In this document: positions 52,151 to 64,000 of the stretch, one piece after another
How the letters are laid out: each line of letters opens with the position of its first letter
Position numbering within the stretch: the first letter of the stretch is position 1
From: Macrostomum lignano
Lineage: Eukaryota
Direction of reading: 5' to 3'
Length of the DNA: 64,000 bases
Assembly (NCBI GenBank): GCA_002269645.1
Contig: NIVC01001744.1
Location: forward strand, 46,148 to 110,147
Notes under the pieces: model-generated
What the model saw: only the letters and a program-made list of their open reading frames with translations
Database searches by the model: none
What the model was told of the DNA's origin: nothing
Translations under genes and position numbers: made by a program

Positions 52151-55100
52151 CTCCCGCCCAAACGGCAGCAGACGGCAGTTTTCTATCTCAAGCGCAGTGT
52201 TTTTATGGCTTTAAATTCCTCATTAATCGGAGCTGCAAACCATGAGGTCTGCAGTGACTCCGTTGCTGAAACTGGAAACCCAGCTGCACTTAGCCATTAG
52301 CTGCAGACTGGAAAAGACGTGGATTTTATATAAGACGTTTGAATTATCTTAGCTGATGGATGACGCATATGCAGGGGAGGACATTTGAGAACAAGAGGGG
52401 GTAGGAGGAACAGTAAGGAACTGGATTGATGGCTATCTAAATGCACCTGCGCGGGTCCATTAGTTTTTTTATGGTTATCAATTAGACAAATGCAGACCAT
52501 TTGAGCAATGCCAAAAACTAGAAAAAACTTTGACAAGTGAAAAAATGAAAATGTACAGAAATAAACGATTTCAAGACTTAGCCACATCTGTTTTATGCTT
52601 TTTTGTTAAAATAAAAAAAGATCCGAAATCCGAGTTTGTTTCTTCTGTTCAATTCCCAATTGTCATAACTCTGAAAATGACAAACAAATCGTTTATTTAT
52701 TGAAATTTGGTAACCATGTAAGTCCGAGCTGCTGCTGCTGGAACTCGCATGTCCAACTGTTGTGTTAGACAATTTATTGCGAACGTTTTTTAAATTGTCA
52801 TTTTTGCCAATCAGAAAGCAGTTTAAAGAAGTTTGACTGCTAAAAATACAATTATGAGATGTTTATTTACGACATAACAGCAATAGCAATATCATAGTAA
52901 TAAAGAATGACTGACATCAGTTTTGTTCGAGAAATTATAACAATAGTAATAACTGTTAACATTTAAGGTAATCATATTGCTTGGTTGTAGAATTTTAATG
53001 TTCGTAACTGTGTTTAACTACTAAACATAGTCAACATAAGTAGTATAACAAAGATATTCCACATGCCGATGAAAACCCGAAAATAGCGGAGGCTGGTGAG
53101 AAATTCGCGAGTTTTATCGCCAAGCACGGTGGAGCTGGCCGGCGCCGGTTCGAAGAAAAACTCCGCGCCTCGATGCGTGTCCTTGGCGCTGCGCCTTGAG
53201 GATTTGAAATTGAGAACGAGAGAGCAAACATGTATCTATACCTGTTTAATAAAGAATACACATTATCTAGTTTTTAAATAAGAAACTACGAATAAATGTA
53301 AAATTTGTTTTGGTCATTTAGGAAAACTGAATTTAAAGTTTTACTTCCAACAAGTTATAATTATGAATTGTAAAACACCATAACAAAAGGGTAAATTTTC
53401 TGTCGAGGCTATTAAGGGTTTAATGTAAGTCTGATCTGCAGGTAATTACTGTCGATCATATGTTATAGTATCTCAAATATTTTCACCATAGGAAACAAGC
53501 TTTTAAATCATTAAATTAGCAAATAGATCAATATCCAAGTCAGACTTATGATGACAAAAGCAGCTGATGTACTTACAGTTTAAAATTCAGAATAGCGCAG
53601 GCATTTGCAAAGAGAGTTCTGGAATTAGAATAAGGATAATTAAGAATAATAAGAGACGTGTAATTTCCCAGAAATTTTACCTGACAATTTACAATTACAT
53701 GTAATAAATTGTAGATTGCAGGACCAATAGAAGACTTCTATTTTATTATAGGAAACATTCCAAACTTCTACCTTTACTAAAAGAAAAGAAATTTAAACCA
53801 AAATCAGCTTTTTGATGGTTCTTGCCCAATCTATTCCGGGCGCTTTCTGAGTTACATCGCTTAATCTATACGGATTAACACTGCAACTACGTTAATTTCT
53901 AGTGCACATCGACTGGTGTTGTTGCATACATGTGGACGGGTAACGCAAAAATAATAGAAGGAAGGGGTACTGGTAAAGGAAATTTTTAATTGGTCAACTG
54001 TCTCCCTCTCGGCTCTGGATACAACTTTCATTCTGGGCGTAGAATTTAACTTTCAAGGCCCATGCTGTGTCAATATTCAACAATGGCCAACGCCCATCAT
54101 TACATACCATAAACCAGCACATACACATATATAAAATGCGAGCAACTTACATTGCGATGACAATGTCGGAAATCATTGCTGATCACTGAATGTATTTACT
54201 TTGAAAGTACTATAGGTGATTCAAAGTTCAACAAATTCTTTGAAGATCGAAAGCGCCTTGACTGATCCGGTACGGCATTAAGCTGGAAATTAATTCGAAG
54301 AAAGCCTCAAAGTTAAATTTTGCCTTTTTGGTTAAGTAAAGCAAAATATCTGGATTAAAATACAATTAACCGTAGAATACAGTATTATTAATTCACAAAA
54401 CTTTTTTATAAAACGTCTTACTCTCTCAAAAAACAAATTCTAAAGATGCCATTTAATGTTTCCATCGCAACAGAGAAAAGTGTGCTTCACCCCTTTCGAA
54501 TTAATTCGAATCGCGGCTTTAACATTTACAATTTAAAGGATGGCATTTTGCTTACAATACATGAATACGAGCTAGTCTTATTGGCTATAGTACAGTCTTA
54601 ATAGTGAGAAATGTTAACGAGCTTGAAACTAATTAATTTTCTAATTCTGCAATCGAAATTATTCGCACCTTTTATGTCTTAACTAAGACATAAAATGGTT
54701 TCGTATTTGATTTTTGTTCAATCAAGCGACATGGAAACATTCAACAAGAAAATTAGCTTGGTGGTCAAAACGGAATGTCAAAAATAGATTACTATAGATT
54801 AAGCAAACTGCCTTTTCATATAATCTTGAATGATTTTTAAAATTATTGTGGTCGGTACATAACTTTTTGTTATGTGTATTTGATTACATGTATAACTGTG
54901 TATGAGACTATGAGTGTGTATTTATAAAAACCTAAAATTCGTAATTGTTATATAAAAATTAAATTGACCGAAACATCTTATTTTTTATTTTTTGAGTAAT
55001 TGAAATATTCATTTTGATTTATTTCATATTTAGGTTCCTTTACAAAACGAACAAGTATAAATTAGGAATCAAATTAAAAGTACGTCAAATTATTTCAAAC

Positions 55101-55695
55101 CAAATACATAAATAAAGGTTCCTGAACCTAAGCTGGAGCAGATAGTGGGGTTCCATATTGTTGATATTCATAATTTTTAGCTTTTCTTCTAGCATTAGAT
55201 ACAGGATCAGAGTTGAAATATTAGCCATTAACTTCAGGGTTAGTTTCCAGAAATTTTTTGTGAAGCAACTAAAAACCAGAATATTCGAAAAAATTTATTT
55301 AATGTTTTATGCAAAAAGTCAAGGCCCATTTTCGGCCAACAGCTGAAGGGGCCATATGGCCCCATTTGGGCCCTCCCTGAGGGGTCTACCACATATTAAT
55401 TTAGTTTAGGATTAGTTATAAAGTTTTAGTATGTGGATTTTAGGTATACCAAAATTTTAGTCATTTATTAGTTATCAGAGAATAAAAATAGCATGAAATT
55501 AACACAATAGCTCGTATTTAAACTGAAAATTTCTCGATAACTTTAATTTATTGCAGTTGAAATACTGATTTTGAAAATGCTCGTATTTTTAATTTGAAAG
55601 CAGAAAACTACAGCAAATTCCTTTGGAAATTTTTTTCATGAAATTTTCCAAACGCTGGACTAGGCCGTGCAAGCTGAAGTGTTAAAAAGTACACC

Positions 55696-58600
55696 ATGCA
55701 CTCAGCCGCCAGGAAAAGCGCCGTCAGCGGCGTCAGCACCGGCGCTGGGAGCAGCCGTCAACGCCAATCGGCCAAACGGCACCAGCGGCCGGACTGCAGT
55801 TTCCTGTTCTTCCAGCAGCGCCACCCCAGGGCTGGACAGCGGCGGACAAAGAAATCGCCGGACGAGCTGCCGTCCATGGCCCGCATTGGTGGCCTGCAGC
55901 AGCGGCTCGTGTCCTCTGCATCTTCTGCATCTCCAGCTGCCGACCCCGATGTGGCGCCATCGCCGGTGCCAGTCAGCGGCTCCCTGCAGGTGCCGGAGCC
56001 GGCGAAACCGGACGAATCGATTGGGGCCGAGGCTTCAGCGGCGGCGGTGTCAGCAGTGGAAGACTGGGACGAGCAGCGGCGAGTTTACAACGCCTGGCGT
56101 CTGGAGAGCACCGGCCTGCTCGGGCGGCTCGGCGACGTCATGGACGCGATGCCGTCTGCGGGTGGCACCTCCGGCAGGTCGCATCGCCGGCAAGGCAAGC
56201 TGCCTCGGTACTTGGAGCTGCGGCTGTGCGAGTCCTGGGCTCAGCTGACCGCCGACTGCAAGCAGGTGCGGCTCTCAAATCTCTGCAGAAATTAGCAGCT
56301 TCTTTGCATTCTCACCACCCTCCTCCAGCTACCCTCCTCCAGCTACCCTCCTCCAGCTACCCTCCTCCATCCACCCTCTTTCAGCTACCCTCCTTCATCC
56401 ACCCTCTTTCAGCTACCCTCCTCCAGCTACCCTCCTCCATCCACCCTCTTTCAGCTACCCTCCTTCAGCTACCCTCCTCCAGCTACCCTCCTTCAGCTAC
56501 CCTCCTTCAGCTACCCCCTTCAGATATCAAGGTCTTGATTTGTCGCCTTCGAATCCACTGTGGCCTAACAAGACGTGATATTTTGATCACTCTATCACAC
56601 TAATCATTGCCCGAATGATTTTTTTTCATAAAATTTTCATTAAAAATCCCACCCGGCAGGAGCACCGGCAGTGGCAGACGCCCGCTTGTCTGGAGGAGAG
56701 CCGGCGGCGCCAGGCGGAGGACGCCGAGCGCGAATCGCGCCGCGCCGCCCAACGCGCCGAGAATGACAGCCTGCTGATGCGCGACGGTTCTCGCTCGCGG
56801 ATGTCCCGGATCGCCTCGGCCTCCGGAGACGCCGCCGACCGGCGCACTGTCCGCCTGAGCCAGGCCTCAGCAGCGCCGACAGCGGCAGCGGCGGCGGCGT
56901 CCGTCAAGAAGTCGGCCCGCTCTCGCGGCGGCGCCCTCCAAGAGCAGGCCATCGCCGAGGGGCCCGAGCACTCGACCGGAAATCCGGCAAAATCGGCCGA
57001 CCACCACCCGACAGACACCCTGTCTTTCTCGCTGGTGTCCAAGGAGTCGCTGAAGAACGGCTGGCTGCAGAATTTCAATCAGCGCCTGATTGAAGACAAA
57101 CTGCAGAGCGCGCTGGTCAAACTGAGGCTGGCCGGACACGCGCCTGGGTCTGTCCCAACTGGCCTGTCTGTCCCAACTGGCCTGTCTGTCCCAACTGGCC
57201 TGTCTGTCCCAACTGGCCTGTCTGTCCCAACTGGCCTGTCTGTCCCAACTGGCCTGTCTGTCCCAACTGGCCTGTCTGTCCCAACTGGCCTGTCTGTCCC
57301 AACTGGCCTGTCTGTCCCAACTGGCCTGTCTGTCCCAACTGGCCTGTCTGTCCCAACTGGCCTGTCTGTCCCAACTGGCCTGTCTGTCCCAACTGGCCTG
57401 TCTGTCCCAACTGGCCTGTCTATCTTGTTAGCCGGTCTGTACTAAGCAGAAAAGGATAAACTCAATACATTTTCCATCTCATTAGGAATCGAACCACGGA
57501 CCAGCACCTGCAGCAGCAGCAGCTGGAGCTGCAGTTCTACGCAGCCGGGGCCCCGTCCTACCGGCCGCCGCGACCCCGCCGGCTCCAGCCGGCCGAGCTG
57601 GTGGACCCGGACACCCTGCTGCCCAGGCCAGTCGCTCCGCCCGACGTCAGCGCCAAGCGGGCCTTCGCCGATCGTCTGGTCGAAGCCGCCGCCGCTGTCG
57701 CCTCAGCTTCATCGTCCGGGCCATCGGGGCTCCCCCTCCTGACCGAAGACGAGGCCCGGCTGCTCAGGCGGCGCTTCAAGACCGACTGGCCGGCCATGCG
57801 CGAGGCCGTCCTGCAGGCGATGCTGGCGCCGCCGCCGATGCCGGCAAAATCTGCGGCGCATCAGGCGGCCGCCGCCGCCGCCGCCGCTGCCGCCGCGAGC
57901 ACCTCGGAGGAGTCGGCGCTGAACAACCTGCTGACCGTCGAGTTGCCATCTCGCTACAGCAGCCTCGGCGGTGGACGCCTCATCCAGTGCCGCCTGCCAG
58001 ACGGTGGCACCGTCGTGCTGTACCCGTCGGGCAGGCCGGCGCTGCTCGCCTGCGGCTGGTCGGGTGCCGTTGTGGCCCTGAACGACTCGCTGGAGCGTCA
58101 GGGCAGCCACCTGCTTGCGAGCGTCACCGCGTCCGCCTGCGGCTTTGTGCGCTCGATGGATCCGACAGAGCCGACGTTCACTTGCACCCAGGCTGTGGCC
58201 CAGCTGCAGGTGCGCCGGGATGTCAGATTTTAAGTTTTGGAATATTTTTAGATCGAGGTTGAAGTCAGTAGCTTCAAATTGCTCATCTGAGACCCAAACC
58301 CCCTGTTTGGATCAGGGAGGGTGGCTCAGCAACTGAGGATTTGGGAGGCTGGCCCAGCAACTGAGGATCTGGGAGGCTGGTGGTCCAGCAACTGAGGATC
58401 TGGGAGGCTGGTGGTCCAGCAACTGAGGATCTGGGAGGCTGGTGGTCCAGCAACTGAGGATCTGGGAGGCTGGGGTGGGTGGCCGAGTCCACGCTTGGCA
58501 ATTTTTCTGTATGCAGGCCAAGCAAAGCTGCTGAAGTCCAAGTACCCCTCCTCTAACCGCAGGACCCCCTGACCGGCCGGGTGCTGAAGCGGCTGGCCTG

Positions 58601-61600
58601 GCCCTCGGATCCGCGAGCGAAGCTGCCAATCAATCTGCAGGTGCGCCTGAACTCCTGCCTGACATTCGTGTGCTCGGGCCGAGCTGACATGACCTTCGCG
58701 TTCCAGGCAGAGGGTCGCTCTGCCCAGCTGGCTGTCGGCTTCTGCGCCGAGCGGGAGGCGGCCGTCAGGCAGCGGTGCATCGATCGCCATGGCAACCCGT
58801 TGGTGAGACGTCCGAAAGTTTACGGGGTTGACTTTCCGAGGTGCCATTTCAAACTGTTTGAAGTCCCATTTTACAACATAGAAGTTCCACTTTGATTTGA
58901 CAGTTTGTGGGTCACTGATTTATGTATGATTTATGTCTGCCTCATGTACATGATGTATCCCTAATATATGTCAGCCTTTATGTATTTTTAATCAAGGTTC
59001 TTCATCTCTGGCTCTGCATTTAAAGCGTTCGTAAAGAAAAACCTAGTAAGGCTTTTGATTCTGATGAATTTTCACTGTCTTAAAATTGGTTTCACTGTCA
59101 GTTTTTATCTGTTTGTGTATTCACAGCGTCTAACGAGCAACTACCTGTGTTCACACTGCTGTCGCCAGCTGTCATATTGTTAACTTTATAGTATGTACAT
59201 GCAAAAGTACATTTCATTGGAAGAGCATAGTGCTGTTAGTTCATGGTTAACACAAAAGTACATGACGCACTTCTACCCCATATATAAACAGATTGGACTC
59301 AGCGAATCGCTGAAAATCGACGGAGATAAAGAAACGGTGCTATGGAAGTCTGAGACAGCAAAGCGGCTGGTTGCAAAAGCGAAGCAGATGCGAAAGCAGC
59401 AGCAACAGCAGCAGCAGCAGCAGCAACAACAGCTGCAATATCAGCTGGCCAGAAGACCGGCGGTAAGACCAATTTAGTGCAGAAGTCGTTCTGTGATATG
59501 AAACTTTAAAACGAATGCGATTAAAGGATTTGTTAAATGATATCAAAGAAATAAACTTGCATTTTTATATATGTGAAGGAAAATGTCGGATTGGCTAATG
59601 TTCATTGTCAGGGGGAAGCAAAGTATCGGAGTAACCAATGTACATTGCTTGGGGGAAGAAAAATACGGAGTGGCCAATGTACATCGCTAGGTCGCTAGGG
59701 GGGGGTGGAGAAAAAATATCGGAGTGGTCAATGTACCTTGCTTGGGGGAAGGAAAATATCGGTGTCGCTAATGTAAATCGCTAGAGGGAAAGAACAAATC
59801 AGTGTGGCTAATGTACATCGCTAGGGGAAGGAAAATATAGGAGTGGCTAATGTACATCGCTAGAGGGAAGGAAAATATAGGAGTGGCTAATGTACACTGC
59901 TTGGGGGAAGGAAAATAGAGGAGTGACTAATGTACATCGCTAGCGGAAAGAAAAAGAAGAGTATTTGAGTCAAGAACTTGTGTTTTAGGAAGAAAAAGAG
60001 AACAAATCAAGTACGCTCGTAAATAGCTAATTGGAGAAGTAAATTTTCGATGAGTAGAGGAAATTAGTCAATATTTTTCCTAAATCTGTCATCACTAAGG
60101 ACTCCGCCAAGTCCGGCGCCACAGAGTTCTCAGCCGCGTCTTCCGGGGGAACTGGCAGCGGTGGCAGCGGCAGCGACTTGACCGTGAGAGACTCGGACCT
60201 CGAGGAGACTCGAGCTCGAATTCGCGGCATCTGCGATTCCTGGCTGGAGGCATACAGGCAGCGCCTGGGTGTCGCTCCTCCAGCACCGCCGCCACCGTCG
60301 CAGCCCCAGCAGCTGCCGCTGTCATCGAGGACGCCGAGGCCGGTTCAGTCGGCCGCCCCGGCGACGGCTCAGCGCAGCTCCACCGCGGGACGGCGCTCCG
60401 TCCAGGCGCCGCCGCGGTTGCCCTCGGCGCCACCGACTGCCGCGTCTGGCGTCGGCGTCGGCGCGCTTCGACAGTCGGCGCCAGCGGCGCCATCGACTGC
60501 GACGAGCGCCACAGCGGCGGCGTCGGCCAACTCCCTGGCCGAAGCCCTGGAGTCTGCGGCGTGTCCGACCACAGCCAGGCAGCTGCTGATCGCGGCGGGG
60601 GCTGCTGGCGGAACTTCCGGCTTTGTTGGCTTGAATCGATGCGGATGCGGCCTTCAGGTGAGCCTAGCAAGCGTTTTTGTGCGCTTCCCTCTGCTATCCA
60701 ATGTGTGGAACTGCTTCCCTCCGCTATCCAATGTGTGAAACTGCTTCCCTCCGCTATCCAATAAGTGGAACTGCTTCCCTCCGCTATCCAATGTGTGGAA
60801 CTGCTTCCCTCTGCTATCCAATGAGTGGAACTGTTTCCCTCCGCTATCCAATGTGTGGAACTGCTTCCCTCCGCTATCCAATGTGTGGAACTGCTTCCCT
60901 CCGCTATCCAATGTGTGGAACTGCTTCCCTCCGCTATCCAATGTGTGGAACTGCTTCCCTCCGCTATCCAATGTGTGGAACTGCTTCCCTCCGCTATCCA
61001 ATGTGTGGAACTGCTTCCCTCCGCTATCCAATAAGTGGAACTGCTTCCCTCCGCTATCCAATAAGTGGAACTGCTTCCCTCCGCTATCCAATGTGTGGAA
61101 CTGCTTCCCTCCGCTATCCAATGTGTGGAACTGCTTCCCTCCGCTATCCAATGTGTGGAACTGCTTCCCTCTGCTATCCAATGAGTGGAACTGTTTCCTT
61201 CCCCTTTCCAATGTGTGGAACTGCTTCCCTCCGCTATCCAATGTGTGGAACTGCTTCCCTCCGCTATCCAATGTGTGGAACTGCTTCCCTCTGCTATCCA
61301 ATGTATGGAACTGCTTCCCTCCGCTATCCAATGTGTGGAACTGCTTCCCTCTGCTATCCAATGAGTGGAACTGTTTCCCTCCGCTATCCAATGTGTGGAA
61401 CTGCTTCCCTCCGCTATCCAATGTGTGGAACTGCTTCCCTCCGCTATCCAATGTGTGGAACTGCTTCCCTCCGCTATCCAATGTGTGGAACTGCTTCCCT
61501 CTGCTATCCAATGTATGGAACTGCTTCCCTCCGCTATCCAATGTGTGGAACTGCTTCCCTCCGCTATCCAATAAGTGGAACTGCTTCCCTCCGCTATCCA

Positions 61601-62224
61601 ATGTGTGGAACTGCTTCCCTTCGATAAATAATGTGTTAAAATTTTTCCCTCCGCTCTCCACTGTCTCACCGTCTTCACCCTAAAGGTCCCCAGCCTGACG
61701 GACCTCGAGCTCGACGCGTTCATCGAGGCGCAGGGCCGGCGAAATCCCGATCAACTCTTGGTTGTCATGGTAACGCACTCCAATTCCGACTCGTCAGAGG
61801 CGGCGCGCCGCGCCGATTCCCTGCTGCGCCAGTACGCCTCAGCTAATAGAAATCGGCGCCGCGGCGCCACGGCGCCCTGTCTGGCCGCGGCGCGTGACAA
61901 TTTTCGAATGCTGGCCTACGACCTGGGCGCCGCTGCGGCCACCACGGCGTGCACCTATCCGGAGCTGTTGGTGCGGCACAACCTGCGGGTTGGGGACGCT
62001 CTGGTGTACCGGCAGGGCCGCATCATGTTCGCTGGCGCGCTCGCCGGGCCCGAGCAGCTGCGGCGCCAGCTGGCCGAGTGCCGGCGCCTCGGGCAGCGCG
62101 GCTGTCCGGGCCTGCCGCGCGACTTCCGGCTGTCCACTTCTGCCTGGGATTGCCGCCGGGAGGATCCGGCGAGCGAGACGGCCGCTTTGATTGGCGGCGT
62201 TGCCATGGAGACGGGAACAAATAG
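55696..62224 (+). CDS. C3orf20: C3orf20-like protein (FAM194 domain)
   Basis: Exons: 55696-56265, 56660-57147, ~57486-58209, 58563-58802, 59292-59462, 60100-60657 and 61686-62224; phases are consistent, but the intron 2 boundaries are least certain. Motifs: VVLYPSGRPALL...DPLTGRVLKRLAWP...QVRLNSCL...FQAEG (FAM194-like) and FRMLAYDL...LLVRHNL...GRIMFAG...RDFRL (C3orf20 C-terminal-like). A possible terminal exon lies at 62804-62861. Confidence 0.72.
56312..56522. repeat. 14-bp CAGCTACCCTCCT repeat in C3orf20-like intron 1
   Basis: Directly visible. Confidence 0.9.
57148..57420. repeat. 18-bp perfect tandem repeat (GTCTGTCCCAACTGGCCT), beginning at the inferred donor GT
   Basis: About 15 copies. 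Confidence 0.95.
58325..58472. repeat. 30-bp repeat (GGTCCAGCAACTGAGGATCTGGGAGGCTGG) in intron 3
   Basis: About 5 copies. Confidence 0.9.
59620..59945. repeat. Diverged ~40-bp repeat (GGAGTGGCTAATGTACATCGCTAGGGGAAGGAAAATAT) in intron 5
   Basis: About 8 degenerate copies. Confidence 0.8.
60685..61630. repeat. 30-bp minisatellite (CTTCCCTCCGCTATCCAATGTGTGGAACTG) filling intron 6
   Basis: About 31 copies. Confidence 0.97.
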
Positions 62225-62256
62225 GTTAGTTAATAGTGCAGTAAACGCGATTCACA

Positions 62257-62441
62257 GCCATGAGGCCCAACCCCAGGGCGCAGAGAGTGTACATGCCTGA
62301 CGGTTAGAAAGTCAGGACCGCTGTACACTCTGTGTGAGCGCGTGTATGACTGCGAGCCTGCGTACAGTATTCGAGCGCTTGTGTGTGTTCAGGAGTCTCA
62401 AGAGAATTGGGCAGAATTGTGCCAGGGGGGGGCATAACCCT
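62257..62441 (+). mobile_element. 5'-truncated, diverged SINE copy C
   Basis: GCCATGAGGCCCAACCCCAGGGCGCAG..GTGTACATGCCTGAC...GTCAGGACCGCTGTACAC aligns with the body of copy A. Confidence 0.7.
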
Positions 62442-62879
62442 CTTGCGAACATTTATTTCTTTGTATACTACATTTAGCTCGTAAGTTAGGTGACTGTTGT
62501 CAATTCTTGGCCACCTTTTGTCGAAAGCTTTCAGTAAATGAGAAGTATTTGTACTCTATGAACTTGAAATAGATAGACTGAAATGTAGAAAGGGAGTGAA
62601 ACGTTTTGTAATTCGCATTGCAGAGCGGTCACACTGGATGCTCTGACTGTGCTGTCAGCCAGCGACAATCACCCGATGCTGTCTTGCGGTCTGCCGAAAA
62701 TTCGATGACATGCCGAATACAAAATCTGTCTACAAGTCTTCTTTCTACTTTGGAAAATATCAATGTGCAGCTTAGCCTAACCAATCTAATTTATCATTTT
62801 TAGTTGTGCTTCCTATGTTGTCACGTCTGCGTGTTCCAACGAAGCGTGTTCACTTATATGAAACAAGCGGCCCTACGAC

Positions 62880-63165
62880 CACTGCCCCAGTCAAGCACGG
62901 ATCCCCAACCCCCAACCCATCTGCCCCAATCAGCCACAGACCCAACCCCCAACCCCTCTGCCCCAATCAGCCACAGACCCCAACCCCCAACCCTCTGCCC
63001 CAATCAGCCACAGAACCCTCAACCCCAACCCCTCTGCCCCAATCAGCCACAGAACCCTCAACCCCCAACCCCTCTGCCCCAATCAGCCACAGACCCCAAC
63101 CCCCAAACCCTCTGCCCCAGTCAGGCATGGACCCAACAAACCCCGCGCTAGACCCCAACCCAGCA
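62880..63165. repeat. ~39-bp C-rich repeat (CTCTGCCCCAATCAGCCACAGACCCCAACCCC...)
   Basis: About 6-7 copies. Confidence 0.88.
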
Positions 63166-64000
63166 CCTCTACCTACAGCTTTCGTTGGCAGTTTTATATC
63201 AATCAATTTTTTTCTGATGCATACCACTTTAGTTTATTGTTGTTGTGATTTTATCATAAAATAATAAACAATTATCAATTTTTAAACTTCCATTTTTAAT
63301 GATACAAAGCAAATTTTTGCGTTCTATTTGCTGCTGACTTAGATACGAGTTCCTATATTTTTCCCCGAATCAATTGTAACGAGTAAAAACTGCCTGGATA
63401 AATTGCCCTTTGCATTGAAATTACATTTCCTCTGATACAAATATCTTCCAGAAAATGAACAACTGTTATATTTTAATGTTACTTTATTGCTGCTCAGTCG
63501 TTATCTATGAATCACATGGATGATATTTTATATTTTATCAGATTCTTTTTAACTCGCGAATTCTTGGATTCCTGCCCAACACTTTACTGTCAGTCCACTT
63601 TAATTGAGTTTCATGTTGTTTAAATTAAATAAACTGCAAAATTAACTAATAAGAAATTTGCACAGATATGGTCAGGGCTTTATGACGTCAGTTTCTTTTT
63701 TGAGAAATACAAGAAATAAAAAAATAATAATATCGCGGAGTTTAGCAAAAAGTTCTCTAGAAAAGAAGCTATTATACATGGACAGACAGAAAACTTTCTA
63801 ACGCTCGCGTGGAAATAATAAAGACTCAAAGTGTCTGAAAATCTCTCCATGACAGTCAGTATTTTTGTTAATATGAAGCTGGACTCTACAGATTTTCATC
63901 TTCATCGCATCACCAGCCAGTTGTTGTACTCCATTCCCGCTTCGCAGTTGGTCGCCTATTGGTGTCTGAAAGTCGTGTGGGTTAATTTTCGATGTCAGAA

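Noticed and set aside
55355-55375. 16-bp palindrome GGGGCCATATGGCCCC
   Set aside because: Typical of subterminal regions of non-autonomous DNA transposons, but no termini or TSD could be identified.
57484-57500. B-box-like GGTTCGATTCC on the minus strand
   Set aside because: No A box or cloverleaf, and it overlaps the inferred exon start. It is not a tRNA, though it makes this splice acceptor uncertain.
58517-58562. Apparent frameshift in the C3orf20-like gene
   Set aside because: Resolved by an acceptor at 58562 (CTAACCGCAG) that keeps phase 0.
60685-61630. Regular 28-39-bp arrays here and elsewhere superficially resembling CRISPR
   Set aside because: Head-to-tail units with no unique spacers, eukaryotic context and no cas genes.
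60095-61723. Long repetitive ORFs (HWIAEGSSST, DSGGKQFHTL, VWNCFPPLSN)
   Set aside because: They arise from a stop-free 30-bp intronic minisatellite bounded by good splice sites.

Overview
Eukaryotic (animal) genomic DNA: GC-rich exons separated by introns packed with simple and tandem repeats. The style suggests a flatworm such as Macrostomum; this is inference only. Four host genes can be assembled from splice-phase-consistent exons: maelstrom (minus strand, runs off the left edge), FANK1 (minus), eyes absent (minus, one apparent frameshift in a G-run) and a C3orf20/FAM194-domain gene (plus). Mobile DNA includes a 7.7-kb CMC/EnSpm (CACTA-type) transposon at 9418-17110 with TIRs and a 2-bp TSD. 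It carries a deleted/frameshifted transposase and an apparently intact three-exon accessory gene resembling BEND5 (N-terminal domain, coiled coil, BEN-like domain). Also present are a 1.55-kb non-autonomous hAT-type element (8-bp TSD), a 172-bp palindromic MITE upstream of maelstrom (8-bp TSD) and three copies of a tRNA-derived SINE with a covarying hairpin. Nearly every host intron is filled by its own tandem repeat; FANK1 intron 1 is essentially one ~2.4-kb perfect (GATA)n array. All assignments come from visual recognition of sequence and motifs; no database searches were run.
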